43,356 nucleotides of DNA from the NCBI GenBank assembly GCA_964409665.1, contig CAYPEE010000001.1, forward strand, positions 16,844-60,199. The letters run 5' to 3'. This document shows positions 27,461 to 36,404 of the stretch, in pieces; position 1 is the first letter of the stretch, and each line of letters begins with the position of its first letter. Under the pieces are notes generated by a model. The model was given only the letters and a program-made list of their open reading frames with translations. It had not been told where the DNA came from and did not search any database. The DNA is from an uncultured Oscillospiraceae bacterium (lineage in GTDB: Bacteria > Bacillota > Clostridia > Oscillospirales > Oscillospiraceae). A program made the position numbers and the translations under genes.

Positions 27461-27998
27461 GGAATACTGGCCGCGATACCTTCAGGACGTGATCGAGTTC
27501 GACCAGATCGCGAGGGCGGAACAGCCGGAGTTCACGAAGGTCCGTCAGGACGTCCAGGGCGCCCCTGACGACTTTTTTATCGTCAGCCTGTCCGACTATG
27601 GCTGTCGGCGCTGGGAAGTCATTCTGGGCCTTCCTGTGGCCCCTGACGCGCCCCTGGAAGCGCGCCGCGAAAAAATCCTGATAAAGTACCTTGACCAGCT
27701 TCCCTACACATACAGGGCGCTTCTGAAGTATCTGTCGACGGTCAGTGAAGACTTCACGGTCCGGCTGGACAATGACGCCTATGAACTGTTCCTTCGGATC
27801 GTTCTGAACGGCTACACCCAGCGGGACGCCCTTCTGGCCGTCCTGGGACAAATGCTTCCGGCGAACCTGGTCCTTCTGACCCAGACGGCGATCCCCCAGA
27901 CCGTCCTTCGGCCGGCTACGGTCGCGGCCGCCGCTATGGTCACACTGGTCAGGCACGAACACCAACCCGAAGGAGGAACTACAAATGGCCCGATATAA
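27450..27998 (+). CDS. XkdU/DUF2313 (YmfQ-like) baseplate protein
   Basis: RWEVILGL...LEARREKI...LPYT...MLPANL. Confidence 0.8.
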   Translation: MEIKEYWPRYLQDVIEFDQIARAEQPEFTKVRQDVQGAPDDFFIVSLSDYGCRRWEVILGLPVAPDAPLEARREKILIKYLDQLPYTYRALLKYLSTVSEDFTVRLDNDAYELFLRIVLNGYTQRDALLAVLGQMLPANLVLLTQTAIPQTVLRPATVAAAAMVTLVRHEHQPEGGTTNGPI

Positions 27999-28755
27999 GT
28001 CCACGATCACCGACAAGGGCGCCGAAGTCCTGACGCGCTTCGTCGCGGAAGGCCGCCAGCTTGCGATCGTCAGCGCGGCCGCCGGCGACGGCGTCGCCGA
28101 CCCGGAAGTCAGCCCGAACACGCTGACCGCCCTGATCCACCCCGTCCAGGTCCCCGCCCAGGTCGGGGAAAAGACCTTCGTCGAAGGGTCCCCGTCCTAT
28201 ATGCGGATTCCGGTCCAGGTCACGAACGCCGGCCTGGATCATAGCGAATATGTCCGCGAAGTCGCGACCTTCGCCCAGGACGAAGACGGGAATCCCTTCA
28301 TGTTCAGCTATTCATGGCTGGACGGGGAGGACAGCGACAACGTCCTTCCGCCCTGTTCCTTCCTGGACCGTGAACCCGTGGAAGGCGAAGGCGACACCGT
28401 CCACGTCCACGACGTCGCGATCGTCGTGACGAATCAGGAAAACAATTCCGCCCGCGTCGAGATCGGAAGCGGGTCCTATGTGACCACCGCGCAAATGATC
28501 GCATACGCGGCCCCCATCGTCCACGGCCACAACGCGGCGGACGTCCAGGAAAGCACCGGCGAAAGCGTGGAAACCGTTCAGCGGCGCCAAGACTTCGACA
28601 TTTCCGCTATGAAGGAACAACTGGACACCGGCTTCAACGGGACCACCGTGACCCACACGTTCGCGTCGGCCCAACTGGACCAGTGGAAGGGCTACGAAGG
28701 CGAAGGCGTCCCGGAAGGGATTCTGGACCCGACGTCCAACAGGCTTTATTTATGA
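27985..28755 (+). CDS. Tail-collar/tail fibre proximal protein
   Basis: ITDKG...GDG...VREVATFAQD motif typical of fibre N-termini; follows xkdU. Confidence 0.65.
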   Translation: MARYKSTITDKGAEVLTRFVAEGRQLAIVSAAAGDGVADPEVSPNTLTALIHPVQVPAQVGEKTFVEGSPSYMRIPVQVTNAGLDHSEYVREVATFAQDEDGNPFMFSYSWLDGEDSDNVLPPCSFLDREPVEGEGDTVHVHDVAIVVTNQENNSARVEIGSGSYVTTAQMIAYAAPIVHGHNAADVQESTGESVETVQRRQDFDISAMKEQLDTGFNGTTVTHTFASAQLDQWKGYEGEGVPEGILDPTSNRLYL

Positions 28756-29015
28756 CCAGGTTCGCCTGTACGCCGGCCGAAACGTCCTGTCTGTTATCTA
28801 ACCTTTTCACCGAATGGCGGCCCGTGTGCGGCCGCTGTGAAGGCGACAGCGTCGTTCTGTGCGGCCTGACCTATGAAGGCGAAGAACAGACCGTCGTCCT
28901 TCGGGACTACGGCTTCGACTATTCCGGCCGGCGTGACACGGTCGAAAAGATCAGGAACCGAAGGTGTATCAATGGGATCGCGAAACTACCACCGGCGCAG
29001 AGAAGACACGCATAG
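28752..29015 (+). CDS. Phage hypothetical protein (87 aa)
   Basis: ATGA overlap with previous stop. Confidence 0.55.
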   Translation: MTRFACTPAETSCLLSNLFTEWRPVCGRCEGDSVVLCGLTYEGEEQTVVLRDYGFDYSGRRDTVEKIRNRRCINGIAKLPPAQRRHA

Positions 29016-29469
29016 AGAACAGGACCCGCTTCGAATCCTTCCGGTCGCGGAAGATTTGATCGACTACACCCTGGACGTCACGGACAACGCGAAACGCTAC
29101 CCGAAGAAGGTCCGCTTCACGTTCGTCGACCGAATCCAGAATATCGTCCTGGAAGTGTACGACGACCTTCTGGCCGCGAATGAGATATTCCCGATCTGGA
29201 CCCAGAAGGACAAGGCGGACCGGCTGACCCTTCAGCGGAACGCCCTGACGGCCTGTAAACGGCTTCTGTTCTTCGTGAAGCTGTCGAAGAAGCGACACTA
29301 CATCGACGAATGGACCTTCGACACATGGACGTCGAAGGTCCTTGACGTGAAGGTCATGGCCGCCGCCTGGTACAACGCCGAACAGGCGACCCAGTGGACG
29401 CCGCCCGAAGGGGCCGCCCCGAAGGTCGACAGTCCGGCCGACGCCGCCGGCGGAAATGATAAAAACTGA
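28972..29469 (+). CDS. avd: DGR accessory variability determinant Avd (four-helix bundle)
   Basis: RYPKKVRFTFVDRIQN...AAN...RLTLQ..AL...; immediately upstream of TR and RT. Confidence 0.85.
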   Translation: MGSRNYHRRREDTHREQDPLRILPVAEDLIDYTLDVTDNAKRYPKKVRFTFVDRIQNIVLEVYDDLLAANEIFPIWTQKDKADRLTLQRNALTACKRLLFFVKLSKKRHYIDEWTFDTWTSKVLDVKVMAAAWYNAEQATQWTPPEGAAPKVDSPADAAGGNDKN

Positions 29470-29486
29470 ATAGGGTATGATCTGTT

Positions 29487-29591
29487 ACCCCGAACGCCGG
29501 CAACGCGAACAACGCGCGGAACGTCAACACCGACGGGAGCCTGAACAACAACAACGCGTACAACGGCAACAACGGCGTTCGGCCGGATTTG
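29487..29591 (+). ncRNA. DGR template repeat (TR)
   Basis: Intergenic between avd and RT; 13 AAC triplets in the VR frame; matches VR1 and VR2 except at its adenines. Confidence 0.95.
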
Positions 29592-29753
29592 GAGGAAACC
29601 GCGACCGAGTAAGGCGACGAACCTGAAAGCAGAAGACCCCCTACAAAGGAGATCATATCCTTCCCGACGTCGGAAAGACCAGGGTAAACACATGATCGCC
29701 GACGAAAGGGCTTCGGCTACGACGCCCGAACTATAAGCGGCGAGGAGGTACAC

Positions 29754-30878
29754 ATGAACACACCCCAGCCCCCGGCGGCGTCCTTCGCCGCTATGGCGGA
29801 TTTTAACAACCTATTTCAGGCATACCTGGAAGCGCGGAAGGGAAAAAGGTGGAAAAGCGCCGTCGTCCGTTATCAAGTGAACGACATTGAAAACACAATG
29901 TTCCTTCACTACCTACTGGCGGCGCGGAAATACCGAATGTCCCCCTATAATCGTTTTATGATCTACGAACCGAAGGAACGACTGATCATGTATAACAGCT
30001 TCCGGGACAAAATCGTCCAGCATAGCCTGTGCGACCACGTCCTGGAACCGCTTCTGTCGAAAACCCTGATCTATGACAATTACGCCAGTCAGAAGGGCAA
30101 GGGGACACACTTCGGCCTGGACCGTCTGAAGTCGTTTATGGAGCGATACCACCGGCAGTTCGGGGCGGACGGCTGGGTCCTGAAGTGTGATATTACGAAA
30201 TATTTCTATCGGATTGATCACGACGTTCTGAAGGCCCAACTTCGCCAGAAGATCACTGACCCCGGCGTTTTGTGGCTTCTGGATATGATCATAGATTCCA
30301 CCGAAGGGCCGGGAATCCCGATCGGGAATCACACGTCCCAATGGTTCGCGATCCTGTACCTGTCGGGAATGGACCACATGATCAAGGAACGCCTGGGAAT
30401 CAAGTTCTACGGCCGTTATATGGACGACTTCTATCTGATACACCAGGACAAGGAATATCTGGCGTATTGTCTGGAAGAAATCAAAAAGTTCCTGGTCCCC
30501 CTGGGCCTGGAACTGAATCACAAGACGGCTATTTTCCCGCTGGCCCAGGGGATCGACTTCCTGGGATTCCGAACGTATATGACCCCCAGCGGAAAGGTCG
30601 TTCGGAAGCTACGCCGCGACAGCAAAAACCGGATCAGAAGGAAACTGAAGAAGTTCCGCCGGCTTCTGGACGAAGGGAAGATCACCTTCGAAGCCGTGGT
30701 CCAGTCATATTCTTCCTGGACCGGTCACGCCGGTCACGGCAACTGTCACCACCTGATCAGGCTGACGGACGAACTGTTCTTCAGCCTGTTCAGAAAAGAA
30801 ATGGAGGAATACCATGTCAAAACAACTGTCGACGCTTCCCGTTGGATCGGTCGTCAAGTCGGTCAACACGAAGTATAA
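29754..30878 (+). CDS. DGR reverse transcriptase
   Basis: IYEPKER, RDKIVQH, KGKGTHFG, LKCDITKYF, GIPIGNHTSQ, YGRYMDDF, GIDFLG; RBS GAGGAGG. Confidence 0.95.
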   Translation: MNTPQPPAASFAAMADFNNLFQAYLEARKGKRWKSAVVRYQVNDIENTMFLHYLLAARKYRMSPYNRFMIYEPKERLIMYNSFRDKIVQHSLCDHVLEPLLSKTLIYDNYASQKGKGTHFGLDRLKSFMERYHRQFGADGWVLKCDITKYFYRIDHDVLKAQLRQKITDPGVLWLLDMIIDSTEGPGIPIGNHTSQWFAILYLSGMDHMIKERLGIKFYGRYMDDFYLIHQDKEYLAYCLEEIKKFLVPLGLELNHKTAIFPLAQGIDFLGFRTYMTPSGKVVRKLRRDSKNRIRRKLKKFRRLLDEGKITFEAVVQSYSSWTGHAGHGNCHHLIRLTDELFFSLFRKEMEEYHVKTTVDASRWIGRQVGQHEV

Positions 30879-32520
30879 CGGGGCCGTGATCCGGTTCATC
30901 GTCGGACACCAGTTTTCAGACCGGGTCGGTCTGGTGACGGAACGAATTATCACCCTGAAGTGTTTCGACGCGAAGGAGCCGTCCAACGCGAACAAAGATC
31001 AGAAGAACTACGGAAACAACCGCGCCAGCGTGTCGAACCTTCTTCAATGGCTGAACAGCGCGGCCGCCGCCGGCCAGTGGTACAGCGCCCAGCATAGCGC
31101 CGACGCCGCCCCGACGGACGCGAACGTCTGGTCAAACAATAACGAGTATGTCCAGGAAGCCGGCTTCCTGTCCTTCTTCGAAGCCGACTTCAGGAACGCC
31201 CTTCTGAACGACACGATCACCGTCGCCCTGAACACCGTGACGGACGGCGGCGGGTCGGAAAAGATCACCCGGAAGGTCCGCCTGTTGACGGAAACCGAAG
31301 TCGGCCTGGGGAACGAAAACGGGATCGTCGAAGGGGTCCAGTGGTCCTATTTCAACAGCGCCGACCGCCGGAAGGCTATGCCTACCGCCGAAGCCGTCGC
31401 GAAGTCCGAATATCAGTCGTCCAGTCTGTCGGCTACTCAAAACTGGTGGTGGTGGTTACTCACCCCGAACGCCGGCAACGCGTACCTCGCGCGGCGCGTC
31501 AGCACCGGCGGGAGCCTGGACAACTACTACGCGTGCATCGGCTACGTCGGCGTTCGGCCGGCTTTGTTTCTGGCCCCTGGGACCCTGGTATCCGATGCAA
31601 CGGACACCGACGGGGCGTATATTCTCCAGTGGAATCAGCCGCCCACGACCCCTTCGTCTATTTCTCACGGGACCCCGCGCGCCGGTCAGGCGTTGGACAT
31701 TTCCACCGGCGGGTCCACGGACCCCGAAGGTGACGGGATCACCTACACCTGGGAACGCCGGGTCGATTCCGGCGCCTACACCCAGATCGGCCAGGGCGCG
31801 GCGAAGACCGTCCGCGACACCGTCCCGACCGCCGGGACGAACTACCAGGTCCGCGTGAAGGCGGTCGACGCCCACGGCGCCGAATCCGCGTACAGGACCG
31901 GGACGGCGACGCCCATTTCCTACAACACGAACCCCGTGATCAGCGGGTCCGACGAAAACGTCGGCGCGAAGGACGCCCCCTTCGCCCATCAGTACACGGT
32001 CACGGACCAGGAATCCGCGTCCCAGACGCTGACGGTGAAGGAAACCGTCACCAACGGGGCCGAAACGATCACCCTTCGGACGTACACCGCGACAAGCGGG
32101 ACCCAGAACAAGGCGGACCTGTCCGGCGTATGGCTTCGCCTTCTGGCCGGGTCCCATGTCCTGACGATCGAGGTCAGCGACGGCGCCGGCGGGTCCGCGA
32201 TCAGGAAGATCACCTTCAGCCGGACCGTGACCAGGATCGCCGCGTCCCGCGCGGTCAGTACGGACGCCTTCGTGTCGAAGTGCTTCCTGTCCCTGTTCCC
32301 GTCCGACCGGCCGGCCGACGCCGTCCTTCACTGTGAAGTCACGAACAACCCGTTCGACGAAGTCCCGGTCTGGGAAGACATCACGTCGAAGGTCGGCCGC
32401 TTCGTCCACACCTTCACGAACGCGAAGGCGACGAAGGGGAACGGCCTGGCCTATCGGTTCTATATCACGAAGGGGTCCCAGACGATCGAAGTGATCCAGG
32501 CGACCGTCCGGTTCGCGTAA
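30814..32520 (+). CDS. DGR target protein 1: N-terminal DUF6273-like/CLec domain with VR1, then Fn3/Ig-like beta domains (putative tail receptor-binding protein)
   Basis: YGNNR..VSNLLQWLNS, KVRLLTETEVG, WWWWLLTP, GVRPAL; YQVRVKAVD..GAES Fn3-like; tail-module position. Confidence 0.85.
   Translation: MSKQLSTLPVGSVVKSVNTKYNGAVIRFIVGHQFSDRVGLVTERIITLKCFDAKEPSNANKDQKNYGNNRASVSNLLQWLNSAAAAGQWYSAQHSADAAPTDANVWSNNNEYVQEAGFLSFFEADFRNALLNDTITVALNTVTDGGGSEKITRKVRLLTETEVGLGNENGIVEGVQWSYFNSADRRKAMPTAEAVAKSEYQSSSLSATQNWWWWLLTPNAGNAYLARRVSTGGSLDNYYACIGYVGVRPALFLAPGTLVSDATDTDGAYILQWNQPPTTPSSISHGTPRAGQALDISTGGSTDPEGDGITYTWERRVDSGAYTQIGQGAAKTVRDTVPTAGTNYQVRVKAVDAHGAESAYRTGTATPISYNTNPVISGSDENVGAKDAPFAHQYTVTDQESASQTLTVKETVTNGAETITLRTYTATSGTQNKADLSGVWLRLLAGSHVLTIEVSDGAGGSAIRKITFSRTVTRIAASRAVSTDAFVSKCFLSLFPSDRPADAVLHCEVTNNPFDEVPVWEDITSKVGRFVHTFTNAKATKGNGLAYRFYITKGSQTIEVIQATVRFA
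31462..31566 (+). repeat. DGR variable region VR1
   Basis: 105-nt ungapped match to TR; 16 mismatches, all at TR adenines. Confidence 0.95.
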
Positions 32521-32534
32521 AGGAGGGAAAGACC

Positions 32535-33017
32535 ATGTTCGACCCTGGAAAATGTGACCATGTCAGCATGAAGGACGCCCAGGAGCGGGACCGCCAGAAC
32601 CCGACGGCGGCCGTCGCGCGCGCGGCGTCGATCGCCTTCGTCAGTCTGGCCGAAGCCGGTCAGATCGACGACGTGACGGCGACAGAAAACGCGGACCAGT
32701 TCGCGACCTGGGCCTATCCGGTCGACTATAAGGCCGGCCAGATCAGGCGTGACCCCCTGGACGGGAACCTGTATAAGGTCAACGCCGGCCAGGACCACAC
32801 GTCACAAGAAGGCTGGAATCCTTCACTGACCCCGGCCCTGTGGAAGAAGATCGGCGACCCGTCGGAGGAATGGCCCGAATGGTCCCAGCCCCTGGGCGCC
32901 CATGACGCCTATAACACCGGCGACAAAGTGACCTATGACGGGAAACACTGGATCAGCACCGTCGACGCGAACGTCTGGAAACCCGGCGTCTATGGCTGGA
33001 CCCAGGCCGACGAATAA
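32535..33017 (+). CDS. Tail-associated protein with CBM5/12-like carbohydrate-binding motifs
   Basis: [14 protein letters not shown]; [38 protein letters not shown]. Confidence 0.7.
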   Translation: MFDPGKCDHVSMKDAQERDRQNPTAAVARAASIAFVSLAEAGQIDDVTATENADQFATWAYPVDYKAGQIRRDPLDGNLYKVNAGQDHTSQEGWNPSLTPALWKKIGDPSEEWPEWSQPLGAHDAYNTGDKVTYDGKHWISTVDANVWKPGVYGWTQADE

Positions 33018-33073
33018 TCAGCATGAAGGGCGGGGGCGCGGACCCCCGCCCTTCCCGTATGGAGGGAAAAACA

Positions 33074-33985
33074 ATGATGAAAAGTAAGGTCTTCGTCGAC
33101 AAGCTGGTCGAGATCGCGACGAAGTATAAGACCCTGTATGTCATGGGGTGTTTTGGCGCCCCTATGACGGCGGCCAATAAGACCCGATACTGTAACAATC
33201 ATTCCTACAACCGGAACGCGGCCCGGACCGCTATGATCAAGGCCGCTTCCGCCGACACCTTCGGTTTTGACTGTGTGTGTTTGCTGAAGGGCGTCCTGTG
33301 GGGGTGGTCCGGGGACAAGTCGAAGGTCTACGGCGGCGCCGGCTACGCCGTGAACGGCGTCCCTGACATCGGCGCCGACACTATGATCACGAAATGTCCC
33401 GACGCTTCGACCACCGGCTGGGCCGACATGGTCCCCGGCGAAGCTGTGTGGCTGTCCGGTCATATCGGCGTATATATCGGCGACGGACTGGCGGTCGAGT
33501 GTTCCCCGAAATGGGAAAACAAGGTCCAGATCACGGCCGTCGGGAACATCGGAAAGAAGTCCGGCTACAATACGCGGACCTGGACGAAACACGGCCGCCT
33601 TCCCTATGTCGACTATTCCGACGCGGCGAAGCCGGCCGACGACACCCCGGCCCCGGCCCAGCCGGCCGGCGAAGTGGTCTACACCGTGAAGGCCGGGGAC
33701 ACCCTGTCCGCGATCGCGGCGAAGTACGGGACCACCTACCAGAAGATCTCCGACTATAACGGGATCGCGAACCCGAACCTGATCCATGTCGGCCAGAAGA
33801 TCAAGATTCCGACCGCCGGCGCCCAGGCGGCGCCGACCATTTACACCGTGAAGAAGGGGGACAGTCTGTGGAAGATCGCCGCGTCGCTTCTGGGGAACGG
33901 TTCGCGCTGGCCGGAAATCCAGAAGGCGAACGGCCTGTCTTCGACGACTATCTATCCGGGGCAGAAACTGAAAATCCCGGTCTAA
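33074..33985 (+). CDS. Endolysin: NlpC/P60-like Cys-His catalytic domain plus two LysM domains
   Basis: [17 protein letters not shown]; [13 protein letters not shown]...[14 protein letters not shown]; [13 protein letters not shown]...[10 protein letters not shown]. Confidence 0.85.
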   Translation: MMKSKVFVDKLVEIATKYKTLYVMGCFGAPMTAANKTRYCNNHSYNRNAARTAMIKAASADTFGFDCVCLLKGVLWGWSGDKSKVYGGAGYAVNGVPDIGADTMITKCPDASTTGWADMVPGEAVWLSGHIGVYIGDGLAVECSPKWENKVQITAVGNIGKKSGYNTRTWTKHGRLPYVDYSDAAKPADDTPAPAQPAGEVVYTVKAGDTLSAIAAKYGTTYQKISDYNGIANPNLIHVGQKIKIPTAGAQAAPTIYTVKKGDSLWKIAASLLGNGSRWPEIQKANGLSSTTIYPGQKLKIPV

Positions 33986-34010
33986 AAGGCCGGGGGAAAG
34001 AAGGCGTATT

Positions 34011-34508
34011 ATGGAACACATCAACACTGTGAAGGCGGCCCTTGTGGCCTTCTTCGGAACGCTGACAGCGTTCTTCGGCTGGTTCGGCTGGCTGGTCGTT
34101 CTGTTCGTCCTGTGTATGGCGATCGACTACCTGACCGGATCGGCCGCCGCTATTCAGAAGGGGGACTGGTCTTCCGCGACCGCGCGCGCCGGTCTGTGGC
34201 ACAAATGCGGCGCCCTGATCGCCGTGGTCGGGGCCGGCCTGACCGACATCGTGATCGGCCTGGTGGTGAACAATATCCCCGCGATCACGCTTCCCTTCGA
34301 ATACACCGTCCTGATCTGTCCCGTCGTGGTGGTATGGTACATTCTAACCGAACTGGGAAGCATTATCGAAAACGCCGGCGCCCTTGGCGCGCCGATCCCC
34401 GACTTCCTGAAGAAGGCGATCCGCGTGTTCAAGAACGACACCGATTCCGCCGGCGACGCCCTGACTGGGAACGACGATCCGGATCAGGGCAAGGAAGGCA
34501 AGGACTGA
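34011..34508 (+). CDS. Phage holin (toxin-secretion/phage-lysis holin family)
   Basis: MAIDYLTG...GLWHK...ELGSIIENAG.LGAPIP.FL. Confidence 0.88.
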   Translation: MEHINTVKAALVAFFGTLTAFFGWFGWLVVLFVLCMAIDYLTGSAAAIQKGDWSSATARAGLWHKCGALIAVVGAGLTDIVIGLVVNNIPAITLPFEYTVLICPVVVVWYILTELGSIIENAGALGAPIPDFLKKAIRVFKNDTDSAGDALTGNDDPDQGKEGKD

Positions 34509-34511
34509 CCC

Positions 34512-34997
34512 GTGGCCGTAAGGAAGGGCGACCTGGTCAAGTGGATCGGGCAACTGGAAGCCCTGAAGGGCGACGTCCCGGCCGTCATGGACAAGATCGC
34601 CGTCGGCGAAGGGACCTACGCTGTGAAACAGGCAAAACAGATTTGCACCGAAGACGTCCCCGACATCGTCAACACCGGCGAATATCGCCGGAACTGGCAT
34701 AGTGACAAAAAGGCGCGGCGGAGCGGCCGGAAGTATATCGTCCGGTTCTTTAATTCCCTGGACTACGCGGGGCATATCGAACACGGCTTCCGAAGTCACT
34801 TCGTCCCCGGTCACTGGGACGGGAACAGCTTCGTCTATCAGCGGAACGACCCCCAGGGCGGAATGTTCGTCGGTCCGAAGTCCGGCTATGTCCGGGGACA
34901 CTTCACAATGAAGCGCGCCGCGAAGCGGACCCTGACCACCCAGGCGGCCAGGGTCAGTCGGAAGATCGACCGGGAAATCAATCAGCGCATGAAATGA
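34512..34997 (+). CDS. HK97 gp10-like protein
   Basis: VNTGEYRRNW...NSLDYAGHIEHG...YVRGHF.M. Confidence 0.65.
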   Translation: MAVRKGDLVKWIGQLEALKGDVPAVMDKIAVGEGTYAVKQAKQICTEDVPDIVNTGEYRRNWHSDKKARRSGRKYIVRFFNSLDYAGHIEHGFRSHFVPGHWDGNSFVYQRNDPQGGMFVGPKSGYVRGHFTMKRAAKRTLTTQAARVSRKIDREINQRMK

Positions 34998-35000
34998 GAG

Positions 35001-35036
35001 AAGGCCGGACGGGGGAAGCCCTGTCCGGCCTTTTTT
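35001..35036 (+). terminator. Intrinsic terminator between convergent genes
   Basis: aaggccggacggg-ggaag-ccctgtccggcc followed by T6. Confidence 0.8.
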
Positions 35037-35693
35037 CTATTTCCTGACCACCAGGTCAAGGGCCTTCGTGAAGAACCCCTGGTCGGCTACGGCCAGACGG
35101 TAAGTCTTCGCCCCGGCCTGGATCAGGACACGGCCCCCTTCCGGGGCGATTGCCGAAATCGTGTCCAGGCCACATTCGAAGCCGTTCTGGGTCGCCAGGA
35201 AGACGACCCGCCGGTTCGTCAGGACCACCTGTCCGGGGAAGGCATCGGTCACGTCGTCATATATCGTCTGACTGGCCCCGCCGCCCGACCGGACGGACAC
35301 GCCCTTCGCGACGCGGACGCTGACGCCCCCGTGACTTCCGGTCCGGCCGACCGCCTTCTTCTTCGTGATATACCGGCGCGCCGGCGCGAAGAAACAGGCC
35401 GTTTCCCCGTCCCCCAGGACCACCGGGACCCCGGCCAGTGACGGAAGGCCGCCGGCCTGTATGGTCTGAAGGTCCTGGTCCGACATATACGCGCGCGCGG
35501 CGTCCTTCACGGCCGCCTTCTTCCGCTTCCCGGCCTTCGCCCCCTTCCAGAAGAACACGGCCGCCAGGACGGCGAAAACGACGACGATCGGAAGCTCGAT
35601 TCCTGTCAGGTATTCCGCCGGCGTGGTCAGCTTCACCAACAGCGCGACGGCCGCCAGGGCGGACAGGGCGCCCCCGCCTATCTTCCAACCCAT
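35037..35693 (-). CDS. Membrane-anchored lysogenic accessory protein (2 TM plus soluble domain)
   Basis: Two N-terminal hydrophobic helices; G.SVRVAKGVSVR...GQVVLTNRRVVF; only minus-strand gene in the element. Confidence 0.72.
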   Translation of the reverse strand: MGWKIGGGALSALAAVALLVKLTTPAEYLTGIELPIVVVFAVLAAVFFWKGAKAGKRKKAAVKDAARAYMSDQDLQTIQAGGLPSLAGVPVVLGDGETACFFAPARRYITKKKAVGRTGSHGGVSVRVAKGVSVRSGGGASQTIYDDVTDAFPGQVVLTNRRVVFLATQNGFECGLDTISAIAPEGGRVLIQAGAKTYRLAVADQGFFTKALDLVVRK

Positions 35694-35756
35694 GAAAAAA
35701 GCCCCCTTTTCCCCGGCTTCTGGGCCGGGATTTTTGAATTATGGTTCATGCCAATA

Positions 35757-35786
35757 ATATTAACCGCCGATTCATGGTAATGTCAA
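35757..35786 (-). promoter_or_regulatory. sigma-A promoter for the minus-strand membrane gene
   Basis: Minus strand TTGACA-N18-TAATAT. Confidence 0.55.
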
Positions 35787-35824
35787 GTAAAATATTGCAC
35801 ATACTAATAACAAGGGGGACCGGC

Positions 35825-36076
35825 GTGAAAAGTCTGGGGTATAATGGGCGGCGGAATATATGCGGGGAGCGGGTCAGAATGGCCCGTCTGGCGAAGCGTA
35901 TGTCCCAGGAAGCCCTGGCGGCAAAATTGCAGACGCGGGGCGTGAATATCGCCCAGGACGCGATCAGCAACATCGAATCAGGCGCGCGTCTGGTGACAGA
36001 CTATGAACTTCGCGGCTTCGCGGTCGTCCTTCAGGTCCCGATCGAATCCCTTCTGGACCCCGAAGACGAAGACTGA
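35825..36076 (+). CDS. XRE-family HTH regulator
   Basis: NICGERVRMARLAKRMSQEALAAKLQ...ISNIESGARLVTDYEL; GTG after AAGGGGG. Confidence 0.85.
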   Translation: MKSLGYNGRRNICGERVRMARLAKRMSQEALAAKLQTRGVNIAQDAISNIESGARLVTDYELRGFAVVLQVPIESLLDPEDED

Positions 36077-36106
36077 CCCACGGGAAAAACCCGTGGGTCT
36101 TTTTTT
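36075..36106 (+). terminator. Intrinsic terminator
   Basis: gacccacggg-aaaaa-cccgtgggtc followed by T7. Confidence 0.85.
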
Positions 36107-36116
36107 ATTTTCCCCC

Positions 36117-36145
36117 TTGACATTACGCCCTAAAAGGCGTAATAT
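36117..36145 (+). promoter_or_regulatory. sigma-A promoter with overlapping palindromic operator
   Basis: TTGACA-N17-TAATAT; ATTACGCC-N6-GGCGTAAT at 36122-36143. Confidence 0.8.
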
Positions 36146-36178
36146 AAAGACACCACCACAAAGGAAAGGGCGATCCGA

Positions 36179-36391
36179 ATGAAATCTGGAAGCACGAAAA
36201 ACACGACGAAGGTCGCGCGCTTGCGCTGTAAACGGGGCCTGACGCAAGCCGCATTTGCCGACGGCGTCGGCGTGAACATTCGAACGGTCCAGAAGCTGGA
36301 AAGCGGGGAACAGGACATCATGTCCGTGTCCCTTGGCCTGGGTCTTCGGATCGCCGACTTCCTGGGCGTCCCGCCGCGCGAACTGGTCTGA
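36179..36391 (+). CDS. XRE/Cro-family HTH regulator
   Basis: LRCKRGLTQAAFADGVGVNIRTVQKLESGE...IADFLGV. Confidence 0.82.
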   Translation: MKSGSTKNTTKVARLRCKRGLTQAAFADGVGVNIRTVQKLESGEQDIMSVSLGLGLRIADFLGVPPRELV

Positions 36392-36404
36392 ATATAAGCA
36401 AACA

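Noticed and set aside
29487-29591. AAC-rich repeat as CRISPR array or microsatellite
   Set aside because: No repeat-spacer periodicity or cas genes; fully explained as the DGR template.
29754-30878. RT as group II intron, retron or Abi RT
   Set aside because: Short (374 aa), no maturase or endonuclease extension, flanked by avd and TR with matching VRs.
24602-34997. R-type tailocin / PBSX-like bacteriocin
   Set aside because: Sheath, tube and tape-measure genes are absent and the LysM gene is broken, while replication genes are retained; this fits deletion better than domestication.
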